DNA of 64,000 nt, from contig JASTWF010000323.1 in NCBI GenBank assembly GCA_030390025.1, forward strand, positions 310,001 to 374,000, given 5' to 3'. The translations under genes were made by a program, and so were the position numbers. Below the pieces are notes generated by a model. That model searched no databases, was not told the origin of the DNA, and saw nothing but the letters and a program-made list of their open reading frames with translations. Below, one piece after another: positions 49,496 through 63,693 of this stretch. Source of the stretch: Squalus acanthias (Eukaryota). Every line of letters starts with the position of its first letter. Position 1 is the stretch's first letter.

Positions 49496-51564
49496 ACCTT
49501 TAACACTCCTCGCTCATACCATGAAACCCAAAACTGATAAAGGTAGTGTTCCCTTCAGGAGCTCCATAGGGAGTGGAAGTTTCATGATCATGCTCTCGCT
49601 TTGTCTGCTCGAGCCTGTTTCCCCCACGCCCTGCAGTAAGTCGGGAGAAACTGTTTCCTCTGGCAAGTGGGTGGGAAACCGGAGGTCACCGATTTTAAAT
49701 CATTGCTGGAAGAAGCAGAAGGGGAATGAGGAAAATCTGTTTCCCTGCAGATGATTGTTAAGATCCGGAACGCAATATTGAAAGGATGATTATATCAGAT
49801 TCCGTCGGTAATTGAGCAAGCAATTGGAGATGTATTAAGAAGAAAACTGATTTTCTAGATCATATGGGGAAAGCTGGGGTGTGGAATTAAATAACTTCAA
49901 ACCAGTCGGACAAGGCACGACGGCCCAAATGCTGACCTTATGTGCTGTGATGTTCTGTGATCATTAAACGCCTTTCGACATCCATTTAAAACACCTATTT
50001 CGAGGATTGTTTAACCTCTAACACCCTTTTAACCTCTGACACACTTTATAACCACTGTAAACATTGTTCAACTTCAAACATAGTTTTAAACCTATTTTAA
50101 CTCCTTTTTAATCTCTTAAACTTCATTTTTTAATTTTACCTTACGGGTGTGAAAGTCCGTATTATCCGAATACCTCGCTATTCTTTCTGCGCAGTCTGTG
50201 AGACTGGCAAATGTTTATTTTCTACAGATGTTTTTTTTGTGTGTGAATTTTAGTGTCTTTTTAAAAAGCATGTGTGAATGTTGCTGTGGCTGCTCCCTCT
50301 TTTTGAAGTGGTACTGGTTAGTTTAAGATAATGGTCTGAATAAAATTGGAGTTATTGACGTTAATTAACCTATTCCATTATGGAAAGCAGAATTTTATTA
50401 TTGTGTGAAAGCCTCCATTTCCGAACCAGGGTCAATCACATCAATAATTGATTTAAAAAAAATATGACCGCTTTCAATGCTAAAAGGTGATTATTTATTC
50501 GTCTTAGTGAAATTTAAGGGGACAATCACATTTCATTTTGAAAAGGTCCAGTCGAAATGGTTTTCGTCCAAACAGTTTGATCAGAGCGAAGTTTTTTGGG
50601 GGAGACTTTTGTGTTAAAGTTAACTAACATCCCTCGTCTTGTTGACTGAATTACTCTCTGGAATATTTGCAGGAATAGAAGATCAAATAAGAAGTTAGAT
50701 GTTCATGATCAAATTGAATTGGATGGTAAATTTCTCCGGGCTCATGAACGAGATGAAATGGTAATAAATGGGATTTTTCTGAAATCATTTTCTTGGCGAT
50801 TATGTGTGAATTTCAGGAACTCAAACAGGGCTCAGGAAAATATGTGTGAGTACATCCCTGATTAACAGGATACCTGAAAATATTTCAATTTGTTAATGAG
50901 GTACATTCTACTGAATGTCAGGAAAGGGTAACTAAGAATCATTAATTGAAAGGTTTCTGCTGAAGATGTTTGTGTCTTTGCCTATGTATTTGATAGACTG
51001 AACACTGCTCTAGGCATTGGAATCATGCAAACCAAGATGAGAAAAGACTTCCGATTTTTGATAAATATAACTTAAGAGCCCAGTAATGACTAGTGTCTGA
51101 TATAAAGTGTACTATGAAATTGGGATAATGTTGTGTGTGCAAACGTGGCAAGTAGCATGCAGAAATGCAAGGTGAAGATGCACAGAAGAACGGGTCTCAG
51201 ACATTCTCAGTTATATGACAACATGAAATGCTTAATATGGCTGAGGGAGGTGCGAAACCTTTAAAAGGCACTGACACACATTCCATAGCGAAACTGACTA
51301 TTTAATGAGACATATGCACTGAAATATTTGGGTTGCTATCAGAGGGATTAAATGTGAGAAGGGACTTAGAATTTGGGATTCTAAAATTATGGTTCAATTC
51401 CTTTCAGTTAATAATGAATTTGGGATGACTGAAAGCACGTAGGAAATGCTAGATAGCAAGAATATCATAAGATGCATAATGGGTATGAGAGCTGTAGAAT
51501 TTTTAAATCCATGATTTCTTGATATTACAGTACATAAGAACAGAAGAACGGAAGAAATAGGAGC

Positions 51565-54500
51565 AGAAGTATTGTTGAGGGAGATGGCTTATCGGGGGAA
51601 TGCAGCAAAAACAAACTTCCTGGCACCATGGGTGGTTCTGTTGCATAGGAAGGGAGGAAAAAGAGCGGGAAAGCTATAGTGATAGGGGATTCTATTGTAA
51701 GGGGAATAGATAGGCGTTTCTGCGGCCGCAAACGAGACTCCAGGATGGTATGTTTCCTCACTGGTGCAAGGTTAAAGGATGTCTCGGAGCGGCTGCAGGG
51801 CATTCTGGAGGTGGAGAGTGAACAGCCAGTTGTCGTGGTGCATAAATCTATCAAGGATATAGCTAAAAAACGGGATGAGGTCCTAAAAGCTGAATATAGG
51901 GAGTTAGGAGGTAAATTTAGATATAGGAACTCAAAGGTAGTAATCTCAGGATTGCTACCGGTGCCACGTTCGAGTCAGAGTAGAAATTGAAGGATATTTC
52001 AGATGAATACGTGGCTAGAGGAATGGTGCAAGGGGGAGGGATTCAAATTGCTGGGACATTGGAACCCGTCCTGGGGAGGGGGGACCAGTAGAAACTGGAT
52101 GGTTTGCACCTGGGCAGGACTAAGACTGATGTCCTAGGGGGAGTGTATGCAAGGGCTGTTGGGGAGTGTTGAATCTAATGTGTCTTAATGCTAGGAGCAT
52201 TAGTAATAAGGTGGATGAATTAGCTGCGCAAATAGATGTAAAGGATATGAAATAATTGGGATTACGGAGACATGGATCCAGGATGACCAAATCTGGGAAT
52301 TCAACATCCAGGGGTATTCAATATTCAGGAATGACAGACAAAAAGGAAAAGGAGGTGGAGTATCATTGCTGGTTAAAGTGGAGTTTAACACAATAGCAAG
52401 GAAGGACATTAGCTCTGATGATGTGGAATTTCTATGGGTAGAGCTGAGCAATACCCAGGGCAGAAAATGTTAGTGGGAGTTGTATACAGACCCTCAAATA
52501 GTTATGCTGTAGTTGGGTATGGCACTAAACGGGAAATTAGAGAAGCGTGCAAAAAGGGCACAGCAGTTATCATGGGTGACATTAATCTACATATAGATTT
52601 GGCTAACCAAATTAGTAATAATACTGTGGGGATGGAATTCCTACAGCGTATACCGGATGGTTTCCTGGACCACTATGTCGAGGAACCAACTAGAAGTCAG
52701 GCCATCTCAGACTGGGTATTATGTAATGAGAAAGGATTAATTAGCAACCTTGCTGTGCGAGGCCCCTTGGGGAGGAGCGATCATAATATGATATAATCCT
52801 TTATTAAGATGGAGAATTAAGTAGTTGAATCAGAGACTAGGGTCCTGAATTTAAGTAAAGGAAACTACGATGGTATGAGGCTCGATTTGGCTAGGATGGA
52901 ATGGGGAGCTATACTTAAAGGGTTGACGGTGGATAGGCAATGGCAAACATTTAAAGATCGCATGGATGAACTACAGAATTTGTTCATCCCTGTTTGGCAT
53001 AAAAATTAATCAATAAAAGATGACTCAACCGTGGCTAACAAGGGAAATTAGGGATAGCATAGGATCCAAGGAGAGGGCATAAAAAATGCCCAGAAAAAGC
53101 AGCAAACCTGAGGATTGGGAGCAGTTTAGGATTCAGCAAAGGGGAACAATCGATTAATTAAGAGCGGGAAAATAGAATATCAGAGTAAGCTTGCAGTGAT
53201 CATAAAAACTGACTGTAAAAGCTTCTATAGATAAGTGAAGAGAAAATGAAAGGTGAGTCAAGCGTATGTCCCTTGCAGTCAGAATCAGGGGAATTTATAA
53301 TGGGGAACAAAAGAAATGGCTGACGAACTAAATACATACTTTGGTTCTGTCTTCACAAGGGAGTACACAACTAAACTCCCAGAGATGTCGGGGAACATAG
53401 GTTCTAATGAGAGGGAGGAATTGAATGAAATCAGTATTTGTAGGGAAATGGTGTTCGGGAAAATGTCGGGATTGAAGGCCGATAAATCTCAAGGGCCTGA
53501 TAATATTCATCCTAGGGTACTTAAGGAAGTGGCCCTAGAAATAGTACATGCATTGCTTGTCATCTTTCAAAATTCTTTCGACTCTGGAACAGTTCCCATG
53601 GATTGGAAGTTTGCTAATGTAACCCCACTATTTAAAAAAGGTGGTAGCGAAAAAACGGGGCATTTTAGACCGGTAAGCCTGACATCGGAATTGGGCGAAA
53701 TGCTAGAGTCGATTATGAAAGATGTAATTGCAGAGCACTTGGAAAACAGTGACAGGATCGGACAAGGTCAACATGGATTTACAAAAGGGAAATCCTGCCT
53801 GACGAATCTACTGGAATTTTTTGAGGATGTAACTGGTAGGATAGATAAGGGAGAAACACTGGATGTGGTGTATTTGGACTTTCATAATGCTTTCGATAAG
53901 GTCCCGCATAGGAGATTAGCGTGCAAAGTTAAATCACATGGGATTGTGGGTGAGGAACTGATTTGGACAGAGAACTCGTTTCCAGACAGATAGCAAACAG
54001 TTGGAATAAACGTGTCTTTTTCCGAGTGGCAGGCAGTGACTAGTGGGCTACCACAGGGATCGGTGCTAGGATCCCAGCTATTCACAATATATATTAATGA
54101 TCTAGACGAGGGAACGAGATGTATTATCTCTAAGTTTGCTGACGACACAAAGCTAGATGGAACGGGAACAATGTCCTAGAGGGAGTGTTTGCTAGTGCTC
54201 TGGGGGAGGGTTTAAACTAAAATGGCAGGGAGTTGTTAACCTGAGCAGCGAGACAGAGGAAAGGGAAACAAGGATAAAAGCAAAAGAAAGGAAGGATTAA
54301 AAGGAAAGTGGCCATCAGAGAAATCAACGGTTTAAATCAAACATGGCCACAGTAAATAATAATTCTAATAGTTCTAAGAGTGTTAAAAAAACAAGCCTGA
54401 AGGCTTTGTGTCTTAATGCGAGGAGCATTCGTAATAAGTTGGATGAATTAGCTGCGCAAATAGAGGTAAACGATTTGATTGGGATTACAGAAGCATGGCT

Positions 54501-57500
54501 CCAGGGTGGCCAAGGCTGGGAACTCAACATCCAGGAGCATTCAATATTCAGGAAAGATAGGCAAAAAGGAAAGGGAGCTGGCGTAGCAATGCTGGTTAAA
54601 GAGGGGATTAACACAATTGTAAAGGAAGGATATTAGCTCTGATGATGTGGAATCTGTATGGGTAGTACTGAGAAATACCAAGGTACAGAAAACGTTAGTG
54701 CGAGTGGTACATAGACCTCCAAACAGTAATGCGGAGGTTCGGAATGGCATTAAAAGGGAAATTAGAGAAGCGTGCAAAAAGGGGACAGCAGTCATCATGG
54801 GTTGCTTTAATCTACATATAGATTGGGCTAACCAAATTAGTAATAATACTGTGGAGGAGGAATTCCTGGAGCGTTTACGGGATGGTTTCCTGGACCAATA
54901 TGTCGAGGAACCAACCAGAGAGCAGGCCATCTTAGACTGGGTATTATGTAATGAGAAAGGATTATTTAGCAATCTTGTTGTGCGAGGCCCCTTGGGTCGG
55001 AGCGATCATAATACGATAGAATTCTTCATTAAGATGGAGAGTGAAGTAGTTGACTCAGAGACTAGGGTCCTGAATTGAAATAAAGGTAACTACGATGGTA
55101 TGACGGGCGAGTTGGATAGGATTGATTGGGGAATGCCACTCAAAAGTTTGACGGTGGATAGGCAGTGGCAAACATTCAAAGACCGCATGGATCAACTACA
55201 GAATTTGTTCATCCCAGTTTGGCATAAGAATAAAGCAAAAATGGTGACTCAACTGTGGCTAACAATGGAAGTTAGGAATAGCATAAGATCCAAGAAGAGA
55301 ACACATATATTGGCCAGAAAAAGCAGTAAACCTGAAGATTGGGAGCAGTTTAGGATTCAACAAATGAGGACAAAGGGATTAATTAAGAAGGGGAAAATAG
55401 AATATGAGAGGAAGCTTGCCGGGAACATAAAAACTGACTGTAAAAGCTTTTATAGATATGTGAAGAGAAAAAAGATTGGTGAAGTCAAGCGTAGGTCCCT
55501 TGCAGTCAGAATCAGGGGAACTTATAATGGGGAACAAAGAAATGGCAGACAAATTAAATACATATTTTGGTTCTGTCTTCACAAAGGAGGACACACATAA
55601 CCTCCCAGAGATGTTGGGGAACATACGGTCTGATGAAAGGTAGGAACTGAAATAAATCAGTATTTGTAGGGAAATGGTGTTAGGGAAATTGGCGGGATTG
55701 AAGGCCGATAAATCCCCAGGGCCTGATAATCTACATCCAAGGGTACTTAAGGAAGTGGCCGTAGAAATTGTAGATGCATTGCTGATCATCTTCCAACATT
55801 CGATGGAATCTGGAACAATACCCATGGAATGGAGTGTAGCTAATATTACCCCAATATTCAAAAAAGTTGTTCGAGAGAAAACGGGGAATGACAGACCTGT
55901 AAGCCTGACATCGGTAGTGGGGTAAATGCTGGAGTCCATCATAAAAGATGTAATAGCAGAGCACTTGGAAAACAGTGACAGGTTCGGACAAAGTCAACAT
56001 GGATTTACAAAAGGTAATTCGTGCTTGACTAATATACTGGAATTTTTTGAGGATGTAACTGGTAAAATAGATAAGGGTGAACCAGTGGATGTGGTGTATT
56101 TGGACTTTCAAAAGGCTTTCGATAAGGTTCCGCATAAGAGATTAGCGTGTAAAGTTAAGGCACATGGGATTGAGGGCAAGGTATTGACTTGGATAGAGAA
56201 CTGGTTGGCAGACAGAAAGCAAAAAGTTGGAATAAACGGGTCTTTTTCCGAGTGGCAGGCAGTAACTAGTGGGGTACCGCAGGGATCGGTCCTTGGACCC
56301 CAGCTATTCAGAATATATATTAATGATCTAGACAAGGAAACTAGATGTAATGGCCCAGAAATTCGGCCGAATACGGGAGAGGACGCACTGTGTACTCACC
56401 CGTATTCGGTCCCGAAGTGCCAGTTTCCTGCATACACTGCGCATGCGCGGGAAACCGGCACTTCCGATATTGCGAAGGGGGCGGTTCCTAAGTGAAACGC
56501 GTGCGCACTGGAGGCTGTACGCACACAGCACACTTCGGTTTTTTTTTCAGGTTTGAACGCGAGGGTAAGTATTGGAAATTTTACACACGAAAAAAGAAGG
56601 CGTAAGACCCCCTTATAACAAGGTGAGTAGTTAATTAAGTATTATTTTAATTTTTTTTCAACAGGTTTATCTTTTTTGGTAGTCTTTAAAGAAAGGTAAG
56701 TTTATTTTTATAACTTTTAAAAAGAATTTAAATATTTCAAAAATTTAAATTTTTGTTTTAAATGTTTAAATTATTTATCTATAGTTATTTTATTAATGTG
56801 ATGTTTTTTTAAAGTTTAATTGAGGTTTAGCTGTTCTTTTGGGGTAAGTTGTATTCATAGTTTAGACAGATCTCTTCTTTCAAAACAATGAATGAAAGAT
56901 GGTGTGGTGCCATTGTCTCTAACAGGCCCACGTGATCCCAGAGGTCGTATCGAACTAACTGCGCCTCTGGGACACGCACACACTGCGTGCGACACCAGGG
57001 AGAGGCCCAGGAACTGAAGTTCGTGTGGGCCCGAAACATAAAGGCAGGCGCGGAGTGCGATATCGCGGGGGATCCTTGCCTCCTCGTCAACCATTGAAGT
57101 CCAATTTCTGGGCCAATATCTCCAAGTTTGCAGATAAGGGGTAAGCCATTTAGGACAGAAATGAGGAGGAATTTATTCACCCAGAGAGTGGTTAACCTAT
57201 GGAATTCTCCAGCACAGAAGGCAGTACAGGCCAATTCATTAAATAGATTCAGGAAGAAGTTGGATATATTTCTTAAGACAAAAGGGATCAAGGGATACTG
57301 GGAGAAAGCAGCGACAGGGTCCGGAATTTGGATGATCAGCCATGATCGCATTGAATGGCGGAGCAGGCTCGAGGGGCCGAATGGCCTACTCCAGCTCCTA
57401 TCTTCTATGTTTCTATGTTGCTATGTGTGCTGTGAGGTGGATGCAGAGAAACTCCAGTATGATTTGGACAGGTTGGGTGATTGGGCAGATGCATAGCAGA

Positions 57501-58090
57501 TGCAGTATAATGTGGATAAATGCGATGTTATCCACTTTAGTGGCAAGAACAGGAAGACAGATTATTATCTGAACGGCAAAAAATTGGCGAAAGGGGAAGT
57601 GCAAAGTGATCTGTTAGTCATTGTGCACCAGTCGCTGAAGGTAAGAATGCAGGTACAGAAGCCGGTTAAGACGGCAAATGGTATGTTGGCCTTCATAGCG
57701 AGAGGATTCGAGTACAGCAGCAAGGATATGATGCTGCAGTTGTACAAGGCCTTCCTGAGAAGGAAGGATGTTCCTGATGTCGGGAGACTCCAGAACCAGA
57801 GTTCACAGTCTGAGGATAAGGGGTAAGCCATTTAGGACTGAGCTGAGGAGGAATTTCTTCACCCAGAGAGTGGTGAACCTGTGGCATTCTCTACCACAGA
57901 AGGCAGTTGAGGCCAATTCATTAAATATATTCAAGAAGGAGATAGATATATTTCTTAAGGCTAAAGGGATATGGGGAGAAAGCAGGGACAGGGTTCGGAG
58001 TTTGGATGATCAGCCATGATCTCATTAAATGGCGGTGCATGCTCCAGGGGCCGAATGGCCTACTCCTGCTCTTATACTCTATGCTTCATG
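51565..58090 (+). mobile_element. Tandem and nested decayed CR1 copies of one subfamily (about 51565-54160, 54160-57130, 57133-57425, 57430-58090)
   Basis: ORF1 esterase IGDSIVRG; two successive ORF2 remnants ([40 protein letters not shown]); two 3' ends. Confidence 0.9.
56352..57114. mobile_element. PIF/Harbinger-like MITE, copy 2 (763 bp)
   Basis: TIRs GGCCCAGAAATT/AATTTCTGGGCC, TSD AAT (56349-56351, 57115-57117). Removing it restores the CR1 RT sequence AGATGTAATATCTCCAAGTTTGC. Confidence 0.9.
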
Positions 58091-58099
58091 CTTCTAAGT

Positions 58100-60520
58100 A
58101 GGCAATTCCGCCCCTCGAGCCTGCTCCGCCATTCAATAAGATCATGGCTGATCTTCTACCTCAATTCCACTTTCCAGTACTGTCCCCATATCCCTTGATT
58201 CCATTAATATCCAAAAATCTATCGATGTCTGTCTTGAATACACACAACTGAGTTAACACAGTCCTCTCGGTAGAAAATTCTAAGGATTCACCATCCTCTG
58301 AGTCAATAAATTTCTCCTCATCTCAGTCGTAAACGACCGATCTTTTATTCTCAGATTGTGACCACTGCTTCTAGGCTTCCCAGCCAGAGGGAAACATCCT
58401 TCCTCCATCTCACCTGCGAAGCCCTACAAGAATTGTGTATCTTCCAATGAGATCACCTCTCATTCTTCTAAACTCCAGAGAACATAGGCCTACTCTACTC
58501 GATCTCTCGTCATAGGAAATTCTCCCCGTTGCAGGAACCAATCTGGTGAACTGTCGTTGCTCCTCTCTATGGTAAGGAGACCAAAACTGTAAACAATACT
58601 CCAGGTGTGGAGGTGTAGGCTCACGTGAGCCCTATATAATTGCAGTAAGTCTACTTTACTCTTATATTCAAATCCTCTTGTGATAAATGCAAACATACCT
58701 TTTGCTTTCTTAATTGTTGCTGTACCTGCATGCTAACTTTCAGTGATTCGTGTACAAGGACACCCACATCACTCTGAACACCAACATTTCCAAATCTGTC
58801 ACCATTTAAAAATAATCTACTTTTCTATTTTTCCGACCAAAGTGGGTAGATTCACAATTCTCCACGTTATATTCCACTTGCCAGGATCTTGTCCAGTCAC
58901 TTCGCCTGTCTATATTCTCTTGAAGCCTCCTCACAACTTACATTCCCACCTAGCTATATATCAACAGCAAACTTGGTTAAATTACATTTGTTCCCCGCAT
59001 CCAAATAATTGATGTAGATTGTGAATAGCTGAGGCCCAAGCACTAATCTTGGGTTACTCCACTAGTTCCAGTCTGCCAACCCGAAAATGACCCGTTTATC
59101 CCTACTCTTTGTTTTCCATCCGTGAACCAATCCTCAAAATATGCAAGTATATTACCCCCAATCCCATGAGCCCTAATTTTGTTTAATAATCTCTTGTGTG
59201 GCACCTTATCGAATGCCTTCTGAAAATCCAAATACAACACATCCACTTGCTCTCCCTTAGCTATTCTGCGAGTTACAAACTGAAACAACACTAACAGATT
59301 CGTCAAACATGATTTCCCTTTCATAAATCCGTGTTGATTCTGCCCAATCCTATTATTATTTTCTAAGTTCCCTGTTACCAAGGAATTAATGATAGATTCT
59401 AACATTTCCCTCATGCCGATGTCAGTCTACCTGGTCTGTAGTTCCCATTTATCTCTCTTTCTCCTTTCTCAAATAGTTTGGTTACATTTGCTTCGTTTCA
59501 ATCCGTGGGAAACATTCTAGAAGCAATGGTGTTTTGGATGATGACTAACAATGCATTCACTATCTCTATATCCACTAGTTTCAAAACCCTAGGATGCAAG
59601 CCTTACGGTCCAGGGGATTTATCGGGTTTCAGTCCCATTAATTTCTCCCGGGCTATATTTTCACGAATGCGAATTTCTTTCAGTTCCTCATTCTTGCTAA
59701 GGCGTTGCTTTTCCTTTATAGAGGGGAGGTTTTTTGCGTATTCTTCCATGAAGACAGACACAGACTATTTGTTTAATTTCTCTGCCATTTCCATATTCCC
59801 CATTTTACTTTCGCCTGTCTCAGCCTATAAGGGACACGCATTTACTTTCGGTAATCTTTTCCCTATTTATATAACTATAGAAGCATTTACAGTCTGTTTT
59901 ATTTCTCTCGCTAGTTTACTCTCATATTCTAATTTATCTTTCTTTATCAATGTATTTGTCCTGCTTTGCTTAATTCTAATATACTCCTAATCCTCAGGCG
60001 CACTGCTCTTTTGACAACATTAGAAGCCTCTTCCTTTGAAATAATACTATTATTAACTTCTCTTGTTAGTCACGGTTGGAACACTTTTCCTGTGGGGTTT
60101 TTGTGCCTTCTTGAAATGTGCATTTGTTGTAAATTATGTATTTTTTTTAATGCTCGCCATTGCTTGTCTACCGTCATACCTTTTAATGTAGTTTCCCAAT
60201 CTACCTTAGCCAACTCGCCCCTCATACCTACGGAGTTTGATTAGTTTCGATTTTACACTCTAGTTTTGGATTCAACTTAATCACTTTCAAACTTAGTATA
60301 ACATTCTAACATATTATGGTCACTCTTCCCTCAGGGCCCCTATAATACAAATTATTGATTAACACTTTCTCCTTTCACGATACTAGATCTAAAGTTGGCT
60401 GATCCATAGTTGCTTCCTCAACATTCAGATCTGGAAACCTAGCTTTTAGACATTCCATGAATTCGTCCTCCACACTATTGCTGCAAATTTGGTTTGCCCA
60501 GTCTATATGTAGATTATGTC
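58100..60520 (-). mobile_element. Decayed CR1 ORF2
   Basis: [34 protein letters not shown] (ORF 59043-59414). Confidence 0.88.
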
Positions 60521-60529
60521 TGCAATTGT

Positions 60530-60680
60530 AAGTTACACATGCATTGTTCTCTATCTATATATGCTTTGACGATTTGTGTCTCCTCTCTTCACCCGACGAA
60601 GGAGTTGTAACTCCGAAAGCTTGTGATTTAAAATAAAACTGTTGGACTATAACCTGGTGTTGTGCGACCTCTCAATTTTT
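60530..60680 (+). mobile_element. Penelope family B pLTR remnant with a variant hammerhead
   Basis: Matches 18095-18245; TCAC-CCGACGA-A-GGAGTT-GT-AACTCC-GAAA-GC-TT-GTGA at 60589-60626. Confidence 0.8.
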
Positions 60681-60682
60681 TC

Positions 60683-62158
60683 CACATGGGAGGTGCCAGA
60701 GGACCGAAGAATAGCTAACGTAGTACCATTATTCAAGCAGGGTAGTTGGGATAAACCAGGGCATTACAGGCCAGGGAGCCTAACATCAGTGGTAGGGAAA
60801 TTATTGGAAACAATTCCGAGGGACAGAATTAGTCTCCACTTGGAGAGGCAAGGATTAATCAATGATAGTCAGCATGGCTTTTTCAGGGGGAGATCATGTG
60901 TGACCAAATTGATTGAATTTTTCGAGGGGTTGACTAGGTGTGTGGATGAGGGTAGTGCAGTTGATGTGGTCTACATGGACTTCAGTAACGCTTTTGACAA
61001 TGTCCCGCATGGGAGAGTGGTCAAGAAGGTAAGTGTCCATGGGATCCAGGGCAACTTGGCACATTAGATCCAAAATTGGCTTAGTGGCAGGAGGCAGAGG
61101 TTGATGGTCGAAGGTTGTTTTTGTGACTGGAAACCTGTGTCCAGTGGTATACCGCAGGGATCGGTGCTGGGTCCTTTGTTGTTTGTAGTGTACATTAATG
61201 ATTTAGATATGAATGTAGGAGGTAAGATCAGTAAGTTCGCAGATGACACGAACATTTCTGGCGTGGTAAATAGCGAGGAGGGAAGCCTCAGGATACAGGA
61301 CGATATAGACGGTTTGGTCAGATGGGCACAAAAGTGGCAAATGGAATTTAACACTGAAAATTGTGAGGTGATGCATTTTGGGAGGATTAACAAGGCAAGG
61401 GAATACACAATGAATGGTGGGACCCTAGGAAGGACTGTGTATCAGAGGGACCTTGGTGTGTATGTACATAGATCTCTGAAGGCAGCAGGACAGGTAGATA
61501 AGGTGGTTAAAAAGGCATAAGCGATACTTGCCTTCATTAGCCGAGGCATAGAATATAAGAATAGGGAGGTTATGATGGAGCTGTACAAAACGCTAGTTCG
61601 GCCACAGCTGGAATACTGTGTGCAGTTCTGGTCGCCACAATAAAGGAAGGATTTGATTCCATTGCAGATGGTGCAGAGGAGATTCACCAGGATGTTACCT
61701 GGGCTGGAGCGCTTTAGCTATGAAGAGAGACTGGAGACGCTGGGGTTGTTTTCCTCAGAGCAGGGAAGGCTGATGGGGGAACCTGATTGAGTTGTACAAA
61801 ATTATGAGGTGCATAGATAGGGTAGATAGAAAGGAATTTTTCCCCTTAGTAGAGGGGTCAATAACCAGGGGCCTAATTTCAAAGTAAGGGGCATGAGGTT
61901 TAGAGGGGATTTGAGGACAAACTTTTTCACCCAGAGTGTGGTTGGAATCTGGAACTCACTGCCTGAAAGGGTGGTAGAGGCAGGAACCCTCAAATCATTC
62001 AAGAAGCATTTAGATGAGAACTTGAAACGCCATAGCATACAAGCCTACGGACCAGGTGCTGGAAAATGGGATTAGAATAGACAGGGCTTGATGGCCGGCG
62101 CAGACACGATGGGCCGAAAGGCCTCTTTCTGTGCTGTATAACTCTATGACTCTATGAC
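60683..62158 (+). mobile_element. CR1 RT and 3' end
   Basis: [40 protein letters not shown]; (ACTCTATG)n tail. Confidence 0.9.
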
Positions 62159-62159
62159 A

Positions 62160-62710
62160 TCCTTAATCCTGAGACCAGGGAGGCAACATACGATCTTGGA
62201 TTCACATCTGCGGACGCAGAAACGCCTCTCTGCTCCCCTAACTCGAATCGCCTGACAGTATTACTATCCCTATCTTCCTCCTCCCCCCCTTATACAGCTG
62301 AGAGGCTCATGGTGCCGCGGACTTGGCTGTCTGTACTCCCTAGAGGAACCACCGCCCTCTCCAGCACTCTGAACAGAATACTGGTTGGAGAGCGAGATGC
62401 ACTCAGGCAACTCTTGCCCTACCTACCAGGTCCTCCTCTTCTGTCGGACCGCAACCCAATCCTTCTCTGCCTGTGCACTCCTTAGCTGCGGGGTGACTAT
62501 TCCTGAAACGTGCTATCCACGTAGCTCTCAACCTCGCGGGTGCACCGCAGTGACGCCGGTGGCTGCTCAAGCATTGGAACCTGGAGTGCGATCTCCGACA
62601 GCTGACGACACCAGCTGCACACGTGGCTGTCCAGGACACGGAAAGCGTCCTGGATTTCCCACATGGGACAGGATACACAATCCGTGGGATTGAGCTGCCT
62701 GCCATGCCTC
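62160..62710 (-). mobile_element. CR1 ORF1 5' fragment
   Basis: GGCAACATAC.ATC and CAGAAACGCCT blocks match the ORF1 esterase region of the other CR1 copies; ATG near 62705. Confidence 0.7.
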
Positions 62711-62769
62711 TATTTATTCGACTAATAACCAACTTTACAGAAATTTTAAACTAAGGATTATCTAATACA

Positions 62770-63460
62770 AGTTGTTAATCTAACATGTTATTAACAGTTA
62801 CTAATTTAATATCGTATTTACAATTATTAATATATTATTGTATTAACAGACACTAATTTAATGTTGTATTGACAGTTACTAATATAATATAGTATTAACA
62901 GTCACTAATTTACTGTAGTATTAACAGTTACTACTTTACTGTAATATTAACAGTTACTAATTTAATATAGTATTAACAGTTACTAATTTAATGTAGTATT
63001 AACAGTTACTGATTTAATGTGGTATTAACAGTTACTGATTTAATGTAGTATTAACAGTTACTGATTTAATGTGGTATTAACAGTTACTGATTTAATGTAG
63101 TATTAAAAGTTACTGATTTAATGTAGTATTAACAGTTACTGATTTAATGTGGTATTAACAGTTACTGATTTAATGTAGTGTTAACAGTTACTGATTTAAT
63201 GTAGTATTAACAGTTACTGATAAAATGTGGTAATAACAGTTACTGATTTAATGTAATATTAACAGTTACTCATTTAATATTATATTAACAGTCACTGATT
63301 TAATCTTGTATTAACGGTTACTAATTTAATGTAGTATTAACAGTTACTGATTTAATGTGGTATTAATAGTTACAGATTTAATGTACTATTAACAGTTACT
63401 AATTTAATATAGGATTAACAGTTGCAAATTTAATATAGTATTCAGAGTTGCTAATATCCA
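62770..63460. repeat. 26-bp AT-rich minisatellite (AACAGTTACTGATTTAATGTAGTATT)
   Basis: Direct tandem units with 26-bp spacing. Confidence 0.95.
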
Positions 63461-63616
63461 AGCTCCTGCCTTCACCCTAATCAGCTATTTAACCCCGGCC
63501 CCTAACTTGAAGAGCAGAAACACGGTGTGACCTTTACCAGTCAGTCAGTTCCCAGTCTTTCTGTCTGTTAATAAGAGCCATCAGTTCAGGGGCTGACTCT
63601 GTGATTGTTGTTCCAG

Positions 63617-63693
63617 TTCTGGTGGATGGGAGATTCCCGAGACTCAGGTTCCAGACTATCGCTGCTCCATAAAGCACCCAGGCCGGTTAAACG
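63617..63693 (+). CDS. Uromodulin/GP2/OIT3-like D8C domain, internal exon A
   Basis: GTTGTTCCAG|T TCT GGT..AAC G|GTAATT encodes SGGWEIPETQVPDYRCSIKHPGRLN, matching the D8C pattern GG..(M/I)PE..V....C.T..PGWLNG. Confidence 0.82.

Noticed and set aside
49960..51520. AT-rich stretch with a faint gag-like peptide (EFQELKQGSG near 50810)
   Set aside because: A single short motif with no sustained reading frame; it cannot be supported without a profile search.
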